Assembly (NCBI GenBank): GCA_001642005.1
Contig: LWCA01000119.1
Span: 1-50,690 of the forward strand
Direction: 5' to 3'
Source: Intoshia linei
Taxonomy: Eukaryota; Animalia; Orthonectida
Length of the DNA stretch: 50,690 nucleotides
Of this stretch, positions 40,101 through 50,690 are shown in pieces (positions within the stretch are counted from its first letter, which is position 1; each line of letters opens with the position of its first letter). Below the pieces are notes generated by a model. The model was given only the letters and a program-made list of their open reading frames with translations, was not told where the DNA came from and did not search any database. A program made the translations under genes and the position numbers.

Positions 40101-43100
40101 TTTGATTTTTTTGATCTTTGTACAATTAAAATTTCAATTCACACTGATAATTGATTTTAAAAATATTTGAAACTTGGAAAATTAATTATAATTGAATTTA
40201 ATCAATACTTTTAGAAAAACCTACCACATCCTCGATATATGAAAATCATATTTTACAAGTAAAATAAATTTTATAAATTTAAATTTTAATTAGCATTTAA
40301 ATGGATTTCTCATAATCATGGATAAGGTCGGAAAAATACAATACATTTCGGAATCTGCTTCCACTCATTTGGGTCTTTCTCAGGTAAATGTAATTAATTT
40401 ATTTAATTGGTTATAATTTACAACTACATGGTGTATTTCAAGAAATTTGTTTAAGTTTGTTCGGTCTTTTTATGATGTAAAAATATCGCTAATTTATATT
40501 ATGATTTAATATTAATGTGTCTACTCTAAAATATATTAGAAACTTGATATATGACGTATTTACTAATATGTAAATATGCTTTTTGTAATTATATTAATTG
40601 TTTTAATTATAATTATAATTAACCATTTTTTAAAAATAAAATTTTTATACATGTATGCTTTTTATATATTTGACATTTCCCATTAAATTAATGATAATTA
40701 ATGATTCATACAATCTAAAATTTGTTTACTACGGTTAACATAACGGAAATTAAAATTAATCTCTTTGATTCAAGTGTTAATATTACTTGGATTATTTAAT
40801 TATATATTAATCTTATTTTGATAATATTATTATATTATGCCATTTTTGATTCTTCACAACCCTGAGTAAACTGATGATATTTTGGTATTTTTTCAAATTA
40901 TAGAGATATTGTAATACAACACTAATAATATTCTTCAAACGAGTTTCGTACACCACCCGTGAATTTTAGAAACGTATTATAATCCCTTAGAAAGATGAAT
41001 GAATTTTATATATCTTTAATAACCCCTAATAAAAATATATAACTCATTTTTATAGTCGCACTATTGCTTCATTGTTAATAATTAATTAACTGGAACAAGG
41101 TTTTCCAACGCAAACCATGTATTCCCTAAATTATAATGTCATGAAGGAATCTTTTTATTAATTAACATTATAACTTCTGAAATGTATCATCATACCTGAC
41201 AGTATGAAAAATTTAAATAAATTTTAAAATTAGAAATCAGCGGGGATAGTGTACAAATGTTTACTTTTTAAATTAAAATTTATTTGTTTACATTTTTAAT
41301 CAATTTTTAAATGTGATGTTAAATTTTTTAACGGTTTTTTATAAAATTTTTCACGTGAAATTGCAATAAAATATGATTTTAATTATTTAAACTTTACCAA
41401 TTTTAACATACAATCCTTTACTTATATTAAATTGAATGTCTGTGTGTGTAACCATTTATTGAAAAAATTGACAGTCGTAGGATTGGAAAAAATTCAATTT
41501 CTAATACAGTTTTTCCCAAAGCGTTTTTATATCTATTTTTCAGTTTCCGAATTTGACCCCATTTTCAAAAACACAATTTTCTGTTTTTTTTTAAAAAAAA
41601 TCAGCCCAAAAATTTAATAAAACATACATTCTGGGACGCATTTTAAAATCATTTAAATTGTCGTTCATCTCAGCCTCAGAAACGCATACCTTTATGCAGT
41701 AGCGAATCTAGATGGGATGCAGGGCGATCGTCCCTACTGGCTGAAAATCGTAGATCGGCCACTGCCTTCATGGTCAAAACCACAAATTACCCTTTGTTTT
41801 AAAAATGAAACATGTCATAAAATTTTATAAAACAAATTCTGCGATAATTTTTAAAATCATAGGTGTTATTATAAATGGCAACCTCAAAAAAGACCATTTT
41901 CACGATCAAAACCCCATGTTACCCTTATTTTAAAATAAAAACAGCCCTAGAATTATAAAAAAATTACGAATGATAGTTGTATCCTGTTAACACACAAAAA
42001 ATTTTAATCTCAATAAGTTATTTCTTCACTGTCAAAAAAACACTTTAGTGTTAATTTTTTATTTATTTCGAAACTATTTTATGAAAACAAAAAATTTGAG
42101 ATAATTACCGGTGGTACAATTAAAAAAAGATTTTTCTGATACAGCTTATTCCAGTTGATATAAATACAAAATTTCAACCCCATAAATCTATGCATACCCG
42201 GTGAAAAATAATTTTTCGTCAAATCTGCGCTCTTCAAATTTGGTAGTGCAGGACAGGTCTGGCCGGCAATATGACCGGGCTTATGATCATGAGGGCCTAC
42301 TTTTTAAATTTATTAATGAGTAATGTAGAAAAATATCTTAAGTACACCAAAATTGTCGTATGGTAAAATGTTCTATTAACAACAGTTCAATTAGTAATTT
42401 TTAGATAATTAACGATTGATTAAAGCAGTATTTCCCAACCTTTTTTACTACATTACATTTATTATAGTACTTATTTTCATATTAACCAGTATATTGTTTT
42501 ACTGCATTTTGGATGGTTAGGTTTTTAGAATAAGCCATATAATTTTTTTAATAGTAAATTTAATTAAAATTTTTTAAAAAACTAATTTTACAAAATAGTA
42601 AAAGAAAGGGTAAATTGTGTTTTTGAACCTGAAGGACTCAATGGGAAAAATTATATTTCATACGTTACTGTCCATGCGACACAAAAAAAAAATAAAAAAA
42701 TTCTTATTTTTTTAAAACAAATTTCGCGATTACCCATGAAAAATATCAAATTACTCACTTGTGGGTAGTGATTGTGATTTCCCGGGAAAAAAATTTTTTT
42801 TTATTCATATATATTATATAATATAGAAGCATTAAAAATTTTAGAGACCTTAAATAATTTTAGAAACAAAAAGAAATTTAATTAATTAACGCGAATCTAT
42901 ATTAAAATTTACAAATTTAATTAGGAAAAAATTTATTTATTTTAGACTGTTGAAAAAGTGTTTCAAAACACACATAATATTAATAGATTCGTCATAATTT
43001 AAGCATTACACTGGCACCATCTGTGGAAACGCATAATACATCCGTTAAAATATTCAAATTATATTCTAATAGTTTTTGAGTCCAAAGTTTAAATTAATCT

Positions 43101-46100
43101 GTCAGCAGGACAACTTCCCTGAACTCTTATTAAACCTAAGTTGACATTATAGTTGTTTTCATAGAGGTGCACATTAACGTATTTTCGATTCCTAAAACTA
43201 GTCTATTTATCAAGGGATATACTAAAACGTTTACCATCTTAAACTGAAATTTCCATTTTCTCAATTAACATTGATACTATTGATTTGAAATATGTATTTA
43301 ACATATGTAATATGTGACTAGGTTGTTTCGGCAAACCATAGGATAATTTTTTAAATGCCTCTCTTATAAATTCACTTTTAGTTATTGCCGCCATTGAAAA
43401 TTCATCATTACACACTAACTCAGCTACCAATTCCTCCCTGGTAGAAGACTCTTAGAAACAAAAAGAACAATAAAATTTGAATTGAAAGTTCTACCAATTT
43501 GAAATTTAAAATATGAAATGTAAATGTTAATTTTATTGGTATTTATCATTGGAAATTATTTTTTTACATAATTCACTATTATTTTCCAAATGTTTGTAAA
43601 AATCAATAAACTCTCTTTACAATTGTTCTATTTCGGAATTGAAGATTTAGCAAAATTAATTAACAGACGTAAAATGTGTTTATTTTAGAATGAACAATGT
43701 TCATTTTACTTACAATAGTTACAAGTATATTACATCTCCCGCCTTTTGCTAAATTTTTCACATTGCCTCGCCAAATGGTATATAAAACCGTATCGATGAC
43801 ACCTGCTACGCCTATCTTTAATATCGCAATATCTTGATATATGTCCAAAATCACCACATATAAAGAATTTGAATCGATTCTCCCGCATTGTAGATAATTG
43901 TCGATCTTCATCTTGATCTATACGCCTCGCCGACATTAATCTATCCGCCAATTTTATCTTTTTCGAATTTGAAGCCAAAATTTGATTATGTCAATATGTA
44001 AACGTAGCATACGTAGTCGTCGTCGTCTATGTTCAATTTACCAACACTATACCCATGATGAATTTGATATAATAATTCCTTTTGTATGGATTTTGGTACA
44101 ATAAATAACAATTTACCTTCTCGCCTATATGTCAACATGCTATTATGCGACAAGCCTCGTTCGTAACGTCCAATATTGATTATTGATTAGTTGACTACGT
44201 CTATTGCCTTTTAACCAATTAATTATTTGTTGTCCATCCGAATCTTTTGATTGTGCATCTTGAATTTTTAATTCATCTCTCGCCATTATAATAATCTGAA
44301 TGTTTTCTCTTGAAAGAACGTCCGCCGAACCATTCAAGCGTCCAGGACGATATTTTATTTCATAATCGTATGATTCCAATATTTGAATCCAACGCCATTT
44401 TATTTCCGACAATTTTGCCGACTGTCGAAACGCCACTAGTGGGTTAAGATCTGTCACAACTGTACATTTGCGGCCGTATAAATATTTGTGAAATTTTTTA
44501 ACCGCCCATACTACTGCTAATAATTCACGATCCACTACACCATAATTTTTCTGCGCATTATTAAAACTTTTATTAGCATGCATAACCACCCTTTCGCCTT
44601 GAAACAATGTAGCCCCCATGCCTGAATTTGAGGCATCTGTTTCCAAAATAAATGGCACATCCCAATCTACATGATCAATAAATGTATACTTAAACATTAC
44701 CTCCTTTAATTGACCCATCGCCTTGTCACATTCAACTGTCCAATTAAAACATCGCCCTTTCCTCGTTAACTTATTCAATGGAGCACATAAATCTGAGAAA
44801 TGGGGCAAAAATCGCCTATAGTAACTACAGAAACTAATAAAAGATATTACGTTTTCAACAGTTGTAGGTTTTGGCCATTCCTCAACTTTTTTTAATTTTT
44901 CCGGATCTGTTCTTACGTTATTTGTATTAATTACGTGACCTAATTACGTCAATTTTTTAGCGCCAACATAAAATTTCGCCGAGTTCACCGTTAAGCCAAA
45001 TTTTCGTAATCTAGACAATACATTTCTCAAGTGCCCTACATGTTCCGCCATAGTTCCTGAAATTACAATATCGTCCAAATACGCGACTAATATGATGATA
45101 TGAACAATGTTCATTTTACTTACAATAATTACAAGTATATTACAACAATTATAATTATTTTGGCATAATTAAAAAATAATTAATTTTATATTAATTAATA
45201 TATTGGAAGTGATCTAAATTAAACGATATAAAGTGTGTTTTTATAAAATATAAAATATAAATTTATTAAAACTTCACTTATTTAAGAAAGTGAAAAATTA
45301 CAAGTAAAATATTGACTAAAATTATCTATGGTATTTATGAGTACTTATTTAGTTATACTTAGTATTTATTTACTTATACTTATTTTAAATATCAAAAATA
45401 AGTACTTTTGTTAAAATTAATACTTATGGACACACTATTTTAAGCCAAAAATATTTTTTGCAATCATAGATATGTAATTTTGGCTTTACATTTAACTCCA
45501 AATAAACTAAAATTGAAGTAATCGAACATGACTAAATCGAGATATCACTGTAATAACAAACATAAATTAAATACAGGTATGTCTCATTTTTTTTTGGGAA
45601 ATCGTATAAATCCCGGGAATTTTGTTCCGGTTTTTTTTCCGGCACAATCACTACTCGTGGGTAAATACCCACAGGTTGGGAATCACTGGATTAAAGTTTA
45701 ATAAGCAATATATAGAGGTCCAATTTTAAAAAATGTTTTATAGGGGCCTATATTTCCATCTGACAACCTACTGCGGGCTCTCCACGGTTTGATGCGGTAT
45801 AATAATACATTTTAAAATATTTTATTCAAAAAATTTTTCAAAAGGTGGTAATGAAGGAAAGGTTGAAGACGATTGTTATAATCTAAAAATGAGACGTAAT
45901 AAAATGATTTTACTATTTTCGAATACTTATCAGTTTTCACACCATAAAAATTAATTTTATGGAATGCAAAGGTGCACGTTTTTAATTTAATCTATTATAT
46001 TAGACATTCTCAACCCTTTTTCTTGATAGACCCTACGATTGTATTGAAAAAACCTGTGGATTCCCCATAATAAAATACACCATTACATCTATTTCTTATA

Positions 46101-48113
46101 TAAAATTTAATATGTGACACACATTGTGTGTTTTAATATAATATATAACCAATATTATAATATTCTATCTTAAATAGTTAATATAAAAATAAAAACAATT
46201 CACTTCAATTTAGTCTTTGTTAATTAAAATTTATTATAATAAAATGTGAAAATAATTTAGTTTTTGTTGGAAAATGTATATTAAATTAGAAATAATTACT
46301 AGAATTAAGGAAATATAATTTTTCACTTTATTTTATTCTGTAAATAATGTATCTATAAAATTTTGCATGAATCCCAAAAAACTTATGTGGATCCATTGAG
46401 AATTGTTGTGTTATATAATATTTTTTGAATATTTTTCATGTTAAAAAAAGCAAATTATCTTGTCTGTTTTTTCTGATTACAGTGAAAACTCCTTATAAGC
46501 ACACTTTATATAATCACATCTATATAAAGTTTTATTTTGTTATTTTTTGTATTATTATTTATTATATATTATATTTATTAAATTTTATTAATGATGGGAT
46601 TATTTATATCGTTATTTTGTAAAGATTGTACGTCGTACAATATAGAATCTATAGTGTATTCTATGAAAATTAATGTTTTCATATTAAATTTTAGGTGGAT
46701 ATGACTGGAAACAGTATTTTTGAATTTCTATGCCCGGATGATCAATATATGATTGTAAACGTTTTAAATCAAACTCCATTTTTATACCCACGTGGAATAA
46801 ACGATCAGACAATCCTACCGGATGAAATGAAAATCCAAATAGATTCCAGAAAAAGATCTCTGTACAAAACTGAAAAAAAGCCATTCAACTTATGTTCGAG
46901 TATTTACAAAAAGCAAATATTTGTGAGACTTCGATGTGTTTTAGCAAAAAGAAATGCTTCAATTACTGTCGGTGGTTATAAGGTTTATTTTCCATAAAAT
47001 TGGTGTATGTAAATTTGATAGGTGATTAGAATGTTAATATCGACAGTTATATCCGAAGAATCTGAAAATTTTGTAATTTTTGCCCAATCAATACCACAAA
47101 CAATATCAACTGAAATTACTGTTAAAAGTCACATGTTTGTTGTTAGATTGGATAACGTTTTTAACATTACATTTGCAGATAGCAAGTTTGATTATTGTAT
47201 ACAAAATTATATCATTTCTAGTTTAGTAAAAATGACTGGCTACGATCAACGTGAATTGATGCACAAATCATTGTACGATGTTTGTCATATTTGTGATGTT
47301 GAAATTTTAAGAGAAGCCCACGAAATTTGTATTTAATTTATTACTAAAAATAATTTTATTTTAGTGATTCAGACAGGGCAAACTGTTTCACGTTATTACC
47401 GTTTCATTAATAAACGAGGTGGATATATTTGGGTAATGAGTTTAATATCTTTAATGGTAAATATTCGTGCCAATACCACACAACTCTATGTTTGTTTAAA
47501 TTACATTTTGAGTGAAGTCGAATCACCAAATGTAAAATTCAATATTCTCAAAAAAAAGAAAGAAATACCGGATATTTTTACCATATCTCACAAAAAATAT
47601 AAATATAGAAATGAAGAATATTCACCAATTTGTCTAGATAAATATTCTGGTTTCAATAAACCATTACAAAATTCTCATTTTCCAAATTATCAAAATTCTC
47701 AGAATAACATGTATAAAGAATTTTATCAAATGCCACTGAATCATTACACGCATTACCCATTAATTGGTTTAGATTATTTACAACAAAATAATTTAGACAG
47801 GGCTACACATTCTTCAGATACCATTGATACATATATCCCTGCAGATGTTTCCATTCAAAATACTTATTTTTTTAATCAAAATGTAAACAATTCATGCAAA
47901 TACCTTAAAAACGAACAAGAATCCTTTCACAATTGTTGTTGTCAATATACAAAACAAAAGAATCACATTCCCGACGCTATTCATTATGACACCAAAACTA
48001 TTTTATCTTATCCAAATTCAAACTGCAATATTAAACATTCTTATATGAATTCATCAGTGAAAAGTAAAAATTTACCGTCCATATACGGAACTTCCAACGT
48101 CTCAATAAATTGA
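37103..48113 (+). CDS. sim: Single-minded bHLH-PAS transcription factor, 8 exons
   Basis: Exons ~37103-37317, 37952-38133, 40215-40258, 40294-40383, 46695-46982, 47022-47185, 47222-47328, 47365-48113. bHLH: [30 protein letters not shown]: [35 protein letters not shown]-diagnostic [22 protein letters not shown]: [16 protein letters not shown]. The first exon is less certain. Confidence 0.93.
38816..39268. mobile_element. hAT-type MITE in a sim intron
   Basis: TIRs cagagatgggaa/ttcccacttctg; TSD gtttacag/gtttatag; internal 29-bp-type repeats. Confidence 0.8.
41414..42215 (+). mobile_element. Helitron-like repeat copy in sim intron 4
   Basis: Starts A|TCctttacttatattaaattgaatgtctgtgtgtgt; internal blocks are shared with the copies at 12.7k, 21.4k and 49.7k. 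Confidence 0.65.
41697..41764. mobile_element. 68-bp micro-MITE inserted in the Helitron-like copy
   Basis: TIRs cagtagcgaatcta/tagatcggccactg; 8-bp TSD cctttatg/ccttcatg. The empty site aaacgcacaccttcatggtcaaaacc is seen in a paralogous copy at ~12935. Confidence 0.85.
42766..45653 (-). mobile_element. Decayed hAT transposon with transposase remnant (~42985-43440)
   Basis: TIRs tagtgattgtg/cacaatcacta; TSD cttgtggg/ctcgtggg. The remnant reads [57 protein letters not shown]. Confidence 0.88.
43624..45144 (-). mobile_element. Internally deleted Ty3/Gypsy LTR retrotransposon
   Basis: 5-bp TSD acaat (43619-43623, 45145-45149). The 3' LTR is 43624-43734 (TG..CA, 111 bp), preceded by PPT aaaaggcgggaga. 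A 45-bp 5' LTR stub lies at 45100-45144. RT reads [20 protein letters not shown]; RNase H reads [21 protein letters not shown]. Confidence 0.93.
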
Positions 48114-48186
48114 TTTATTATGTACATTTTTATAAAATTAATATAATTATCAGTCATTTTTAAATGCACCATTTTTATCTTAATGT

Positions 48187-49560
<1,374 letters not shown>

Positions 49561-49693
49561 TTATATTTGATATGATTATTCTGTTGTATAACGGAATTAT
49601 CATATAAGGGATTCTTAACGGTGGGAGAATCGTCCCAAAAAAGCAATTTTGCTATTCTATTTTAGAAAATAGATTATTTCTAAAAATATTTAA

Positions 49694-50390
49694 TCCTTAC
49701 TCATATAAAATGGTTTGTTTGTCCGTGTGTTATCGTTTATTTCAATAACTAAGAATCTTATAATTTTATAAAGTCCATATTTCTATTACAGTTTTTTTCG
49801 GGGTGAAAGTAAGATACATTTCAACCTCATAAATTCACATCTTACCTGTCAAAACCCAATTTCCCTTTTTTTGAAAATCAAACGATTTCGAGAATTTAAA
49901 AAAATACACTTTAATACAGGTTTTAAAATCATAAATTTAAATTAAAAAAAAATACCTTCAGGGCCAAAACCACGAGTTATCTTTTTTTTTTAAATGAAAA
50001 ACCCTAGAATTTAAAAAAAATTACAGGTGGTACAGTTGTATCCTGTTAACACAAAAATTTTCAATCTGAATAAGTGACGCCTTCACGGTCAAAATAGCAC
50101 TTTAGTATTCATATATTTTTTCCCGAAATATTTTATTAACAAATATGTAAAACAAAAAATGTGAAATAATTAACGGTCCGAAAGTTAAAAAAAAAGAAGA
50201 TTATTCTGATAGAGCTTATTCCAGTTGTTATAAATACAAAATTTCAAACCCAGAAATCTACGCATTGCCGGTGAAAAATAATTTTTAATATTTTATCAAC
50301 CAATATTTTTCAAATATTTCGATTAACATTATTGAAAAATATAAATATATAAAATTTGAAAATGTAAATATTGATCTTACAATTACAAAA
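49694..50390 (+). mobile_element. Helitron-like repeat copy upstream of the visible cholinesterase exons (probably intronic)
   Basis: Starts A|TCcttactcatataaa..gtccgtgtgttatcgtt; reverse-complement match to 4880-5600 and 13740-14175. Confidence 0.7.
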
Positions 50391-50690
50391 AAATGTCATT
50401 AGTAGCAGAATTATCACTGGAAATAGATTTGACTAGTTAACAAATAATGATAACTGATAAAACTTTTCCATATAATCTAAATACAGTAGAAGATGAATAT
50501 AATTTACTTCATGTCTAGAACCTTCGTTGAAGGGGAGGAGTAACGATAGATCAACTTTACAGTAACTATCGTTAAACTTAATTCACTCTAGAATGAATAT
50601 CTTATGTTAATTCATTTTCTACATGAAATATAATGATTGATATATAAGTTTCTAGTAGTACACTATTGAAGTTACTGCTAGTACTTAATA

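Larger units (their letters stand above)
42426..45688. mobile_element. hAT-type MITE (same family as 17514) hosting nested insertions
   Basis: TIRs cagtatttcccaacc/ggttgggaatcactg; perfect TSD gattaaag at 42418-42425 and 45689-45696. Confidence 0.88.

Noticed and set aside
50390-50500. Minus-strand SSTVFRLYGKVLSV, resembling an upstream cholinesterase exon
   Set aside because: It runs into a stop codon with no NYRLG motif or convincing splice sites; insufficient support.

Overview
Very AT-rich eukaryotic (animal) genomic DNA with compact genes interrupted mostly by tiny 30-50 nt GT-AG introns. Gene content and intron size suggest a spiralian with a reduced genome, possibly an orthonectid such as Intoshia; this is inference only. 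Because the genes are spliced, most ORF-track entries are exon fragments or noise. Manually reconstructed genes: (-) a signal-peptide + ApeC (apextrin C-terminal) + TM + PPxY membrane protein; (+) signal peptide peptidase (HM13/SPP); (-) a 4-exon, 78-aa excitatory-peptide (EP/GGNG, CCHamide-related) neuropeptide precursor absent from the ORF track; (+) a possible C1a-32/C8orf74-like ciliary gene head-to-head with it; (-) a highly divergent exocyst Sec10/EXOC5 spread over ~7 kb; (-) NOP9; (+) single-minded (bHLH-PAS); (-) the 3' part of a cholinesterase. Intergenic DNA and long introns hold decayed Gypsy LTR elements, hAT elements/MITEs with 8-bp TSDs, a Helitron-like repeat family and a Chapaev/CMC-like remnant. 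The large sim intron contains a three-level nested insertion (MITE > hAT > LTR element) with all TSDs still readable. No CRISPR, rRNA or tRNA was recognised.
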